NCBI RefSeq assembly: GCF_009914755.1
Contig: NC_060929.1
Reading direction: 5' to 3' (one strand)
DNA: 64,000 nucleotides
DNA from: the human T2T-CHM13v2.0 reference genome, Homo sapiens
Position numbers and translations under genes: made by a program. Positions 38,217 through 60,525 of the stretch are shown here, one piece after another; positions within the stretch are counted from its first letter, which is position 1; each line of letters starts with the position of its first letter. The notes beneath the pieces are model-generated. The model worked only from the letters and a program-made list of their open reading frames with translations, was not told the origin of the DNA and searched no databases.

Positions 38217-38560
38217 AAAAACTATACCTCCAAACAGCTTGCCATTGTTATCTTTTCTTTAGATTTCTTTCTTGAGTAGGAGAATTTTAGACCCAGCAGT
38301 AGATGGGGTTCCAGTCTGCCCTACCCCGCAGGAGCCAGAGTCCCCATTGCCATGATCTGTGTCCTGTCCCAGTTCCCAGAAAGTCTGCAGTTTGAGCCTT
38401 CCCAGTGCCTTCTCTTCTTCTTCCCTTCCTCATTGTATTGCAGCCTCTTCTGGTGTTTCTGGCCCATGAAGAAATTTGTCCTGTACTTAAGCCTGGCTAT
38501 GCCTTTTTTTGTCTTATCACTTTGTTCTGTCATTGGTACACATTGGAGCAGGATTTTAAA

Positions 38561-40886
<2,326 letters not shown>

Positions 40887-41507
40887 GGGGTTTTCAAAAT
40901 GAGAACTCCATGATCCAAAACTACCTTTGAGTGGCTCTTATCAGCCACTGCCCAGCTGGTTATGGCCTGCTTTAGCTTGTGATAGTGGTGGTGGGAGGCT
41001 GGGGTGGAGAGTTCCATTGCAGAATGTAGGAACATGCTGAGCCTACTTGGGGCTATTTTCCAAATTTTTAATGCTTGTACTTCCAGAAAGCCATCTGAAC
41101 TTGGCTAAGGACACATCTTTCTGTAAAGTGTTCCCTGTGTACCATTCAATCTTATCTACTTACACTATTAGCATGGATGTTAAAGGCTCACGTTAAACTG
41201 CCAGGGTTCAAAACTTGCTTCTATCTTAAACTGCTTGGGGGCAAGTTAAACCTTATTGCATCTGCCATATTTCTAAATCTGTAAAATGGGAATATAAAAA
41301 CACCTAACACAAAGGGCTCTAGAGGTTAAATAATACACGCTAATCATGTAGAGAGACACTTGGTATAGACAGAATTGTAAGCTATTAGTTTTTATAGTTA
41401 TTACTGACTAGAAAAATCTAATCAGAAAGGTGACATTGCCTTCTTAGATATCAAAATGTGACATTTGGATATGCTTGAGATATGGTTACCTGGAGGCACG
41501 TTTCTAA

Positions 41508-41906
<399 letters not shown>

Positions 41907-42186
41907 ATACCCCTGAACTTTTTATCAATTATCTATTTTTGCAACTAATTGTCTCATTGTTTTAATATATGTTAGTTTTAACATCCTGGCTAGATGAAAA
42001 GCAAGTTGATTCCAGAATTTTATCTTTTTCACCCCTTTCATCCCTGTACAGGTAGGACATAGGGTAGGAGCTTAGTATGTATTTATTGAGTGGATTGATA
42101 ACACAGAATGAAACAATTCAGAAATTTGAGTATAGTCAATGGGCAGGAGCACAGTTTTGAAGCCAAAGGGGCTCTGGGACACTTAC

Positions 42187-42291
42187 CCATGTCTTCATTT
42201 CCATTGCCTGGTGCAAAAGGATTGTGGTGAGGGAGATGGTGTTGATTGGTGTCCCAAAGGTAAAGACATCTATATCAGAGCCCTTATAGGC
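42187..42291 (-). CDS. ATP10B: ATP10B coding exon (105 nt, phase 0-0)
   Basis: CAG|GCC acceptor and TGG|GTAAGT donor. Encodes [35 protein letters not shown]. Not in the ORF track; translated by hand. Confidence 0.92.
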
Positions 42292-43653
42292 CTGCAGAGG
42301 AGGAACAGACAGGCATTGTCAGGTATGTCTGTGGACTAACTTTGGCTTTGACACAGTGATTATAAAGCATCAATGAAGGCAGTTGTCAATGGAGAAGGAG
42401 GTACCCAGCTGCCATCTGTGTGGTACTGATCCGAGGAACAGGTCAAGGTAAGAAAGGAATTGATAGGACTAATTTAGAAATGGTGTTTGCAGGAGTAAGC
42501 CAAGATGGGGATTGTGAAACCATTGTGGAATGAATGAAGACAGAATTCATTGAGAGCCCATCAGACACAATGCTAACAGCTGAGGATACTTCTGTGTTTG
42601 CCTACAATGAGTTTAGTCTATTAGGCAGTGCGGATGTGGTACAATTTAAGGAAGTACGTGCTATAATAGAGGCAAGTACAAGGTACCCTGGGAACACAGA
42701 AGAGGATATATTAGCTGAGACCAGAATAAGAGGAGTTAATCACTTGGAAAGAGAGGGTAAATGCAGTTCCAGAAAAGGTCAGAACGGAGGGTGAACACAG
42801 ACGGTTTGTAGAACTCCAGAGTCCTACATTGTAGGTCTGTTGAGCATATTCAAGGGCAAAAGATATAGCAGGAAAGCCAAGCAAAGACCTGGCCAGGGAG
42901 GGTATTGTAAGCCAGGAAGTTCAAGCAAAACACAAGATCCCTGCCTCCCCTAACTCCATCATCTTGCTAATTATGAAAGAATATGAGCCCAGAGGTTGGA
43001 TAAGCAACAGTGTTTACCTGGTGGCAATTGCTTCCCATCCTGTTCCGTGTGTCCAGGAAGAAGACATATATTGTTTGCTACCTAAATTCTCACTATTTAA
43101 ACTGAGGAATCAAACTGAGATTGGGCTGGTATCCCTTGCTATCTGCATTCTTGCTACTTTTTTTCAGATAATGTAGTATCTCATTATCGGAACTTGCTGC
43201 CTCTGAAGGCTAGCTTCCTTGACCTTCAAAGCACAAGTGTATATAAAAATCAAGGGTAGTAAATTCAAATACCTTCAGTGTTCAAGTAGGAAACAGTTAA
43301 TGAGTAAAGATAGCCAGATGTAAGACAAAGGGGAGTGGTAGAGACTAAGGCAAACTGGAGAACATGCTCACAAGGTGAGCCCAGCTGCAAAGTCAAGTCC
43401 AGATTTTTGCTATGAGGGAAAAAATGACCCAGTATAAATATAGCTTTCAGTTTTTCAAGAGCCAGCAGAAATCAAAATGTTTGGGTAGTGTTCTGACTTT
43501 TCAAACACCTTGGGTTGGATGTAACCTGCAGGCTACCTGTTTGAGCCTCTGCTCTAAAGTGTCCAGAAGGACACTACTGGTCTGGAACTTTATATAAAAA
43601 GGACCAGTTCTTCTCTGCAATTTATGTGGTTAGAATGGGACTACATGACTTAC

Positions 43654-43734
43654 CAGGTAAGGGATAAAGAAACAGATGAGGCTCTGGTAGAATGCATCCA
43701 CCATAGAAATCCAGAAAGTCGACAGGTTATAGCA
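43654..43734 (-). CDS. ATP10B: ATP10B coding exon (81 nt, phase 0-0)
   Basis: CAG|TGC acceptor and CTG|GTAAGT donor. Encodes [27 protein letters not shown]. Confidence 0.92.
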
Positions 43735-44223
43735 CTGCCAGGAGAGAACACACCAATAATTATCACCCTTATAGCAAGCCTCTATTCTTTGCAAGCAACT
43801 TTCTTGCATGTGGCTGCGACAGACAACCAGACGCATACAATGCCTCTTGTATTTGTGGTAGTAGAATGGAGTAATTAGGAGTGTAGACTTGGGGGTGACA
43901 GACTTCAGTTCAACTGTGTGACCTTGTGAAAATTACTAAACTGTGCGGAGAACTAGTTTCTTCTTCCATTAAATGTGGGCAAAAATAACACAGCCTATCT
44001 CCTTGGGGTTCAAGAGGAGTAAATGCAATTGTGCCTACCTAGTAAGTACTCAGGCCTTAGTGCCTAGCCAAGTACTCAGTTATTCATTGTTATCAATCAT
44101 TAGTTCTTTTGCTACTGTTGCTACAAACCTGGCAAGTGTAAAGATTCTAAAGTTTCTAAGTGGCATCTGAGAGATCTCAATCGTAGCTCGAATCACAGGT
44201 TCCCCCAAGTTTCTGAAGTTCAA

Positions 44224-44287
44224 CAGCTCCAGAAACAAGGCTTCTCAGGCATCAGCGGCTCCAGAAACAAGCCTTCTCAGGCATTAA
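44224..44287 (+). repeat. 32-bp tandem duplication
   Basis: CAGCTCCAGAAACAAGGCTTCTCAGGCATCAG / CGGCTCCAGAAACAAGCCTTCTCAGGCATTAA. Confidence 0.9.
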
Positions 44288-45021
44288 TCTTTGTGCCTTC
44301 CCCAGGAAAAGTGAAATCTTTACAGTTTTTGGGTCTTGCTTAACTTTTAGATACTCAAGGAATTTGCTATGCAGTCAGCACTTTGATGGGAAGGGTAAAC
44401 TTAGAAGAGCCCAAGGTGAACATGCACTCTCACCATGCCCCCTTCGTCTGGACTGCTTGGGTTTCTGTGTTGCTCTCTCCTCTTGGCTTTGGGCTAACAA
44501 CTGGGCTTGCTGTTAGTCTATAAATAATTGCCAGATCTCAAATACTACACTTGGCTTTGCCCTTCTTTCCTCCAGGTGCAAGACACTCTCTGGCATTGCA
44601 AAGTCCCTCTTCCCAGAGCTCCCTCGATCCAGCTTCTTGCTGGTGCTGGGAGTGCATGCTGTCTGACTTCTCCAAATCATTCAGGGCTGCAGTGTGGCCT
44701 CTCTGGGCCTCCTAGGATGCCACCTGATGGCTTCTCAGGCCTGCCTTAGTCTATTTGATACCAGCAAATTCTAAAGCACATGTAATTTTGAGTTCTAAGT
44801 TTTGCCTTCCCTAATATGAAATAGAACCATTGTATACCTTACCCAATGAAAAGCAAAGTAGCTATAAATCCCAAGGGTTCTCAAACTGGGCTTTGGGGGT
44901 TCTATAGATGCATCTCAGAGCCTGGAGGGGATGGCTGAAAGGTATAGGATCCTTCTGCATGGCTCTTCCCCTTCGACTAGGGCAGTCCCATATTAATGTG
45001 TGATATAATTAAGAAATAATT

Positions 45022-51155
<6,134 letters not shown>

Positions 51156-51364
51156 TACCCACTAGTCTGGCCCAACACCCTCAATAGCAAGTAAGAAACG
51201 GGTCAGGAAAGGAGAGAGGAGTTACTCAAAGTAAATGATGGAACAGTGGTCAGAATGCAGGCTTCTGACCCCAGCATACAGCTCTTTCTCTGATGCCTCC
51301 AGAGGGGAGGTAGAGGTCAGTAAGAAGCTGAAGTCACCTCCCTTTGGCTGCCCGATCTCCTTAC

Positions 51365-51565
51365 CTCAGAGTTCTGGCCACTCTTGTATAGCTCAGGCAA
51401 TGCCAGGAGTGTTTCTGCAGAGATGTCTTTGTCAAGGACTCCAAAGACAAGAGGAGGCAAGGAGGTAAAGAAGAGATTGAAGAATATCATCTGCCAGTAA
51501 TCAATCATGGTGGAGCTGGAGAAACCACAGAAGAACTGATACCAGAAGAGCAGGTTGACGTAGCA
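51365..51565 (-). CDS. ATP10B: ATP10B coding exon (201 nt, phase 0-0; TM5/TM6 region)
   Basis: CAG|TGC acceptor and GAG|GTAAGG donor. Encodes [16 protein letters not shown]...[19 protein letters not shown]...[11 protein letters not shown], a P4-ATPase signature. Confidence 0.95.
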
Positions 51566-51811
51566 CTGCAGGCAGAGAGCATGGCCTTGTGAGTGGGGCT
51601 CCATGTGCAGCCGGTCACCAGCTCCTGCTTGGGACCTCTGGGAGCTGCTGGAGTGGCAGTTGCCTCATTTATAACACACAGGGTTATGTAAGGATGAGAG
51701 AGAATTCTAATCCTCGGAGCAGTAGCTACCACTGTTACTACTACTACTATTGCTACTAACATTCTTCAGGACCTGAAGGGAATTCCACTAACTTGTTTAA
51801 AGGGGAGTGGA

Positions 51812-51959
51812 CAGTAAGTCTTCACTTAACATTGCCAATAGGTTCTTAGAAACTGCAACTTAAAGCAAAATGATGTATGGCAAGCCCCGGAATAACATTG
51901 CTTAATTCAACATCACATTTTCTAGGAACCTATTGAGGACATTAATTGAGGACTTGGTG
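51812..51959. mobile_element. MER82-like Tigger relic (internally deleted, with TIRs)
   Basis: CAGTAAGTCTTCACTTAAC..ATAGGTTC at the left end and GAACCTAT..TTAATTGAGGACTT at the right end are inverted repeats. Confidence 0.65.
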
Positions 51960-54900
51960 TACTATGATGGTTAAAAGTACAGATTTTGGAGGCAGAGAGG
52001 CCTGGTTTTGAATCCCCAATTCTGTCACTTACTAGCTGTGTGACCTTGGACAAACTACTTAATCTTTCTGAATAGCATTTTATCATCTGTCAGCTGGGAA
52101 TAGTAGTACTTAGACCAATGGCATGCGAAATATGAATGGCAGTGGAGTGGTAATAGAAAGGGATGTCACTGACAAAGGGGTAATAGAAAGACTGAACCAT
52201 GAGCAGGACACCTGGTAGGACGGTGACCTCGTGAGAAGGTTGACTTCACTGTACTTTCCTAATGGTCATGCAGCTCAGAAGGGTGAATGACAAAATCTGC
52301 CTAAATGTTGTTCATTTTTTTCTAAAGCTCTTTCTCACTCAAGATCTCCTCTCTTGTGGGTGGGCTGGGTCACTGTTATTGTCTACCATATTGCGATATG
52401 GTTTGGTGATTTGACCAAGGTCATACATATAAGCAGCTGGTCCTGGAGTTAGAACTAGAACTTCTCAGTTATGTGGGGCTGAGGCACAGAGATGTGAAGG
52501 GTCTTGCAAGAAATCATTCAGCAGGTTTGTGTTCAAGCTGTAACTCCTATTTCTGAACTGCTGGGTCAATGTTATTTTGGAGGGGCTCTCTATTTTAACA
52601 TATTGCCACTAGTAGTAACATCATTTGTAAAATTTGACCTTCTATATGTGCCAGGAGTGAGATATACATCAGTATATCAGCATATAGTACATCATTGGAT
52701 GTGCAATACACACTATAGATTGTCCTAACAACCTTGCAAGGTTAATATTGCTATAGTAGTACTACGTTATTGTACTGATATATCACATGTTGATATTAAC
52801 AATAATATTAACATTATTAGGCCCACTCTACAGATGAAGAATCCAAGGTTCTGACATACTGTTGCCCCCTGCCCAAATTCAGAGCTAGAGAGTGGTACAA
52901 TCAGCATCTGAATTTTCAAAGTTCTTTCTCTTTTTAACTACCTCTAAACTTTCTCAGTCCTATCTTTGGCTTATACGATTAGACTTTTCTAGACACATAC
53001 AGCCTGCAAAGCTGAAATATTTATTATCTAGCTCTTTGAAGAAAAAGCTTCCTGAGACCTGATGTAGACAGCCTCACGCAGGCCATGATTGGCTTGATTC
53101 CTGCTCTATACCCATTGCTCAGCCCTGTTCCCGACATACAGCAGACATTCAATTGTTATTTGAATCAATGTAGTTAATCTTAGCTCTATGCTAACACCCA
53201 TCCTGGAGTTTCAGCGTTACAGAGTGCTTCTTGCCTCCTGAGGCCCTGGTAAGATCTTGCTTGTTTTTCACTTCTGCCTAACTGGAATCTTTGTACCTTG
53301 CAGGGAGTGCATTGAACCCCATGGCAGCATTGCTGATATTGGATGCCTGCTCTTTCTCTCAAGAAGCTACAGTGCGGTAATTAATTCATTGTTCAAATTT
53401 CAGAGCAGGCCAGGTTTTAATCCCCTCTGAAATTGGTTTCATATGTGGAAGTCATAGTTCTCCACCTTCTAATTGCAACAGGGAGATAATGCGGCATTAG
53501 TATCGCAATTTTGAGCATGGCATTGGGCTGGAAATAAATATCATTTAAGCTTTGAAAGCGTGGCTGCTTGGAAACGTTTTCTTTCCTATTTCACAAATTT
53601 AATGCAGAGAAGAGGCTGTGCTTATTCAAAAGAATTATTCCTTGAGCTGCCAAAAAAATTAAACAGGAGCATTTTGGATTCTAAATAAACAGTCTTTCAC
53701 TCTCAAAGTGAGTTTCAAGTCAGATGGAGTGACTTGTTTGCGTAGACTTGCTGAGATAATATTACCATCAAGTTGATTGAATTTACATTACTTTTTGTCA
53801 TGCTGTTTATCTACATATACATTGAACTTTGCACAGAAAGTCATTCCTGAGCAAAGGTGACTGTGTCAGAGTCTGAAAGAAAGACTGGAGCAAGAGGAAA
53901 AATTGCAATTTTGTAGCTACTACCTGGCTAATGTTTCTCTTCCATCACCTTGGTCTTAATCCTCCCCTTTTACTTATGCAAAGAGGAGTCAAATTGTTTG
54001 GAAATCTTGGGGTTTATTAAAAGCCTTTGAACTAGATAATGAAAAACTCTTTTGTTCCCTCCATTAGCCTAGCACGGTTCTGACTTCTTCCTATTCCCAT
54101 TGTTAATAAAGGGCTTTTCAAAGAAGAGTCTTCTGACCGTTTTAATACCTCAGTTGGTATGTGTTTGCTTTAGGCCCTCATCAACAAGACAAACCAACAT
54201 AGTTTTAGAATACACAACTTATTGTTTGTATTTTTATAGGGCTATATGTTTTTCAGAGCTCTGACACTAAGGCCTCTTGACACAGAATTATAGTTTCCCC
54301 ATATTATTGATGAAAAGATTAATTAATCTCTGTGAGCTTCAGTTTCTTCAAGGTCATACAGCATGCTGGAGTCAGGTAAGACTACCCAGACAAACTCTGC
54401 ACCTCAAACATCTTTGCCAAGTAGATATTTTATTTAGTATCCTGCCCTCCAGCAAATCCCTGAAAGAAAGCCCAGGGGCACTGAAGTGATATGCAAGTCC
54501 CAAGTTGAAGCCATGGGCTCCAGGCTTATATTCTGTGACGTACTTTTCACCCTCACTCTCCCAAGGCATGGGGTATAGCTCTTGCACTGAGCTGGCTCTA
54601 TATACAGAGGAAATCTGATACAGTTCAGACTAGCTCTTCAAATCCTTCTTTGTTACAATAAGAAAATCTCATTTATGAGACTTAACTCCAAGAGTAATGA
54701 CAGCAACAATAATAAAAAAAAGGCTAACTTTATAAACGATTACGATACGCTAATCACTTTATATACAAATTCTCATTTAGTCCTCATAGCAAATATGAGA
54801 AAGGTACTATTACCACCCATTTTACAGATGGTAAAACTGAGATTTGGGGACATTATCACATATGGGAATCTGGATTTAAACCCAACGTGTCTGACTCCAG

Positions 54901-55171
54901 AGTCTACACTTGCAGCTATTCATGCTGCCCTCTGTGTGCCAGGTGCTTTTCATACAGCATTGCCAATTCTCACAATAACTTCACAAAAATAGAAAGTGAA
55001 GAGTCTAGCTCAAGGTCACAGAGCTATTAAGGAACAGTTTCAAGATCTAACACTATGCCAGCCTGACTCCTTCCTTTATGCTGAGGTGCTTTGCCCACTG
55101 CTAGGGAGAGATCTGGCCCCGTGGCAAGGCCTGCCAAAGCCCTGGGTGAGAGGACGCCATAGGCTACTTAC

Positions 55172-55297
55172 CACGTTCTTGTAGAGGTAGTACACCACCA
55201 TCCTGGCCAGGCGCGAGTAACACCAGTGGCCATGCACGAGCAGCAACTTCTTGAGATGCTTAAAGCGGGTGATGGCAAAGTCGCTGGACATGACAGC
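55172..55297 (-). CDS. ATP10B: ATP10B coding exon (126 nt, phase 0-0)
   Basis: CAG|GCT acceptor and GTG|GTAAGT donor. Encodes [42 protein letters not shown]. Confidence 0.95.
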
Positions 55298-55962
55298 CTG
55301 AGAGGTGAGAACAGACACATCAGCTTCCATCCATGGCTGCCAGTGCCCCAGAGGGACTCTCTCAAGGGCGTTGCTTTGGTCTAGGCCTACGGCCAGCAGA
55401 GTCCTAAAGACCCCTTGTTGTGGTCACTCTTGGGTAGCTTTTTGGATTCTGACACCCCACCCTCCCTTCTGGGAAATCCAAACCTCTCTAGAATCCAAGG
55501 AGGGCAGATCAGAAGGGATCAGTGGTCTAGGCTGGCTCTTCATCCGTTTATCCAGCAAGCATTGACTGTGGCCCAGTAAGTGTCAGGCACCGTGCTAGGG
55601 ATGTGATGGTTAACCAGAGAGAAGGGGCTTCCATTCAAGCAATTTACAATCCTCTGAACACCTTTCACCACCCCCTGAGTCAGGCCATTGGCTCCATTCA
55701 CAGATGGAGCTAAGTGACAGCTCTTCCTTTACCTGGAGCTGAAATATGTCTTCTGCCCCTGGGATTACTCAGAACAAGGCACAGTTTATAGTACTCTTTT
55801 AAAAACATGAACACTGAACATGCCTGTTTATAAGTCCTGGTATAAACTTTGGTCTAATTCCCTGTGCCTCAGTTTCCCCATCTAAAAAATGGAATAGCAA
55901 TCCCTTACAGGGTGTGATGATTATTAAAATTCAATGAGATCCTAAATGTGAAGTGTCTAACA

Positions 55963-56145
55963 CAAGCTTGTCCAACCTGCAGGTCGCATGTGGCCCAGGA
56001 TGGCTTTGAATGTGGCCCAAAATTATGAGACTTTTTTTGCAATTTTTTTAAAGCTCATCAGCTATAGTTAGTGTGTTCTATGTGTAGCCCAATACAATTC
56101 TTCTTCCATTGTGGCCCAGGGAAGCCAGAAGATTGGATACCCCTG
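55963..56145. mobile_element. MER30-like hAT DNA transposon
   Basis: CAAGCTTGTCCAACC...GATTGGATACCCCTG with perfect 8-bp TSD GTCTAACA (55955-55962 and 56146-56153). Confidence 0.85.
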
Positions 56146-56559
56146 GTCTAACAGATTGCTGGCATATAGGAGATACGCAAAAGTTAACATTTCAGAACTA
56201 TTCTGCAGCTTCCCAGTCAATGCTCTCTATCCTCATCAACAAATTTAAGCAGTGCCAAATGTTTACACTGGTGGTGGAAATACAATTGTTAATGGCTCAA
56301 AACCCACAAAATGTCTGTTTAAATGGGAAAATTTAGCAGTCAAGTTAGTTTGCTTCTTCCAAGCTGAATTTTGACACTACGAAAGTGTACATTTGCAAAA
56401 TGATTTCAAATGTCCTTATGTCTGTCATTGCTTATGGAGGGCATTGCAACTTTGGATGTGGGTGGAAGTTCTCAGGGAGAAGTTTCTCCAACACTCTGGA
56501 TATTTCCTTGTATCTCAACTAAGGACCAAAGAAAGAAGAATAGTTGCAGAGAACAATAC

Positions 56560-56636
56560 CTGCATGCCTTCCTGTCCAGATATTCCAATTCCAATATCAG
56601 CAGCTTGAATCATGCTTACATCATTTGCTCCATCAC
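56560..56636 (-). CDS. ATP10B: ATP10B coding exon (77 nt, phase 1-0; P-domain hinge)
   Basis: CAG|GT acceptor and CAG|GTATTG donor. Encodes (G)[25 protein letters not shown], containing the P-type ATPase GDGxND motif. Confidence 0.96.
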
Positions 56637-57344
56637 CTGAAAGAGAGGTCATAACGTGTCTTTATTTTTGGTCCAACTGCTCAGTGACAATGAGGTAGCT
56701 CTAAAGTGTCCCCAGTTACATACAATTGAATCCTTTTAACATTACTCTAGTGCTATAGAAAGTCATTGCTATAGTGCTTAGCTTGAGAGATGTCATTTCT
56801 TCTTTGGAAAATAAGTCCTACCATTTTCTTTACCATTCAGCAAATATAGGACTTACCAAGTGTCTTTTTTTCTAGGCACAGTGTTAGGTATTGGGGATAT
56901 AATGGTAATCAAGAGACTTGGGCAGTTTTCAAAAAAATGCCTTCACAAATGTTACAATGAACTTTACTGATGAGCAAATGGAGAATTTGAGCAACTTAGA
57001 GACTTGGCAAGGGTAATTCCACTAGAGAAAGGACCCAGGAGAAATGGAACTCATATCTTTCAGATTCCAGGGCCAACACACTTCCCTCGGTCAAACTTGA
57101 AATACCATATCAAGACAACTGGACAGTTTGGAGAGTGAAATCATCAGAAATTGTCAATGGTTTCCAAGGAGAGGGATGATATTGTTTTGTTTCTCAGTGT
57201 AGAGAAATGAGATTGATTCATGTTTTTGAAATATATTTAGTCACACTGAGTTTCCATTCAATGAACTGAGTTGTTTCAGGAAACTGGAGGTAAGGCATAG
57301 ACACACACACACACATAAACACACACACACGGTCTCCTTCTATA

Positions 57345-57724
57345 CCAAGACTGTTCAAGATCTTTCCATGATGAGGGAAACGTTCTATATCTGCACTGTC
57401 CAATATAGAAACCAGGAGCCACATGTGTCTATGGAAATTTTGCTGGTGAAATTCGATTTAAATTTAAGTAGCCACAGATAGCTCTATACAGTGAGGCCTT
57501 CCCCAGAAGCCAAACTCTCCCCAGTGCTTTTTCTGTAAAGGGTCAGGTGGTAAATATTTTAGGCTTTGTGAGCCAAGAAGCAAAATTGAACAGTTATTCT
57601 TGCTGAAAGACTATTAATCCTTTATAAATTTTACATTGAAAAATAGAAAAATAATTCTTAGTATCCATACAAAAACATGCCATGGGTTGGATTCAGCCTG
57701 CAGGCCATAGTTTGCCAACCCTTG
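57345..57724. mobile_element. Adjacent MER3-like and MER58-like hAT relics
   Basis: GTTCTATATCTGCACTGTCCAATAT..AGCCACATGTG (MER3), then TTTCTGTAAAGGG..GTAAATATTTTAGGCTTTG...GCCATAGTTTGCCAACCC (MER58). Confidence 0.65.
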
Positions 57725-59359
57725 TTCTTGTAGACTATGCTGCCTTCATTCTTTTCCTGGCCCTACATGTTTTCTAGCAGTTTCTCAGAATAAGCCACAA
57801 TTAAATTTATATTATTATGATATAGAATATAAAATGGGAGGGAGAGAATGATTCTTCTAGTTATCTGATGACACATTTATTGGTCTTAAAAGTTTTGCCA
57901 TAAGTAGCCTTTATTCTAAAATATTTCTTGATTGCATAGCAATGCATAATTTTCATCTTCCCCATGCAAAACAAATCCAACCTTTAATCTCTTCTGTTAG
58001 TGAGCCAGGAGAAGTAGAGGTGTGAAACCATGCTATTTCTCGCCACACTGGTTTTGTTTCTGTTGCTATGGGAGTGAAGCCAATATCTGACCTCAGAGAA
58101 AATCATTCTTGGGCTATTGCCTTGTGTGTGTCTGAATTTCTGAAGAGGACAATTCCAGGCATAAAAGTAGGATGTCGTTGCTAAATTTGTTCTCTGCTTT
58201 CTTTCTGCCCCACTCTTGTTATTCTCTACTGTTCTTACCTGAAAACCAGGAACAAAACCATCACGTTTAATAGGGTTTCTATTTGAAATGTTAGGAAAGA
58301 AAATCTTATCCCATGCCTGTGTAGGAGGAGGAGAGGCTGGCACCATCTGTAAGAACATCCCTAAGAGAAGGCAATATTTACTACATGCTTGGTATGTGCT
58401 GGGCAGGGGATCCAAAAGTGAATAAGGCTGACATCTTTCTACTCGAGGAACTCATGGTCTACTGAGGAGGCCATCACAGAAGGTATGACAGTGCTTTGAG
58501 CTATGCGTACTGGGTGCTGTGGGAGCCCCCAGGGGAAAGCAAAGTTAGGTAGGATTGGAAGAAGTGTTTTACAGAGGAAATAACTTGTGCAAAGGCCCAG
58601 AAGTGAGAGAGGACAAGGCCCATGGAGAATGGTAAACAGTTTCATTTGTTGGAACATGGAAAGGCAACTGTTGGAGAAAGAAAGGTGGCCACAATAAGAG
58701 ATATGGCTGAGGGTAACAGAAGATCACGAAGATTCTTTTAAACCAGGTTTGGTTGTTCCTGAAAGGTGTTAAGTAAGTGCAGTTTTCATTTCTCTGTCCC
58801 AACATGATTAAAGTTTAGCCCCCTCTGAAAAATTCTTTATCAACCAATGCTAGCATCTATTGGTGATATGCTTTGTGCTGGCCTCCTATTTAGAAATAAA
58901 CACACAAATTAAACATGAGACAGTACCAATCTTTAAAATCTCCCCACCAGCCATCAACACTCAGAATATCAAATCCCTAAACACCTGAAGTTGTGGCATG
59001 CATAAAGTACTAAAGGGAAAATGATCTGTATCCCAGAATTAAGATGATCTGAATATAATTACTGGCAACATTTCTTGAGCTATCTGGATTCACTGAATTC
59101 AAGGCCCCTGTTGGTTTTGACCTCCATCTAAACCCTGATTTATCTTTAGCTGACTTGCTAGTCCCAAGAACTTTGATGCACTGTCCCACTTCATCCCCTA
59201 GTTGCTGCATCTTGATTGTCATTTTGAACTCTCTCCCTCTAAGACAATGACTCACAGCCTAAGCATTCTGACTTTGAGACCTGACCTCCCACCTCTGGTC
59301 CAGCCTTTCATCAGATCATCCCTGCCAAAGTGCCACCCGCATCTCAGTATGATGGGTAC

Positions 59360-59681
59360 CTATGGAAAGGGTCATGACGCGCAACTTGTCTCGCACCAGC
59401 TTGACTATCATACTCTTCTGGAGTGGCGTGGAGCGGCAGCACAGGACGGACCGACAATACTGGGTCAATTCCAGAAACTTCTTCTCTAGCTTTCCCTGGA
59501 AGATGGCATTCAATGTCTTCCCATCGATGACCAATCCAGCTTCTGGAACCACAGCTTCTGAGGTGATGGATGGTGTCTTGGAAGGTAAGCGGAATCCAAA
59601 GAGCTTGCGGTCTGGCTTCTGTAGTTCACGAAATTGCTTTAGCTCTTCCAATGCACAATTGAGGATGGATTCACAGGTCTC
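59360..59681 (-). CDS. ATP10B: ATP10B coding exon (322 nt, phase 0-1; P domain)
   Basis: TAG|GAG acceptor and G|GTACCC donor. Encodes [13 protein letters not shown]...LVIDGKTL...[29 protein letters not shown](G). The eight exons total 1548 nt, i.e. 515 aa plus stop. Confidence 0.95.
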
Positions 59682-60525
59682 CTATAAAGAAGCATAATAA
59701 TACAGTATTTGTAAGCAACCTTGGAAATGCATGTTAACAATTTCAGTTTATTCTTTAGTAAGATAGTCATAAAACTCTACTACCATAGAGATTATTTACA
59801 AGCTATTCTCCAATTTTTATATTTCTCTGCAATATTTGACATAATATCAAAGGAATATTAATTTGGAACCAAATTAACAGCCAAAATAGAAGACACTGCT
59901 TGTGAATGGGAGTGAAAGTAGCTCAGCAAGATGGAGATAGACACAAGGATGGCATAAGATAATAAATAATACTAATATAATGGTAGATAATGACAATACG
60001 TCATGCTGGTATGGTGCTTTCTATTTCTCACAGGTCATTTAAGTTCCCCTTTGTTCCTCAGAACATTCCTGCGTGGTAGATAGGGTGTGTATTCCTGATC
60101 TTAGAGATGAGGAGACTGAAATGAGATCTTTAATAACTCACCCAAGATCATCCAAACTTAGTAGTGGAGTCAGGATCATTACTACTTGAACTGTGGCTTC
60201 CTAACTGAAAAAAATACATTGTACCTGTGTTTATCAATTGTTGTATTCCATGAAGGGTGCTAAGAACTGTGGCATGAAGCATTGATCACATTGGTTTGAA
60301 CGGACTACGGTTATAAAAGTCTTATTGATGGAAATAAACTTATTAATTTTTTTCTGGTGTTTGCCTTGAAATATAGTGAGAAAGTATTTCCTTTTTCAAT
60401 TTTTTCTTCCATTACTTTTGATTATATCAAAAGTAGTCATATTTTGATTCAAATTTATTCTTGATATCAACTTCTCTGAACATCACTTTTTAATAAAATC
60501 ATGGCAGAAAACAGCATTATCAATT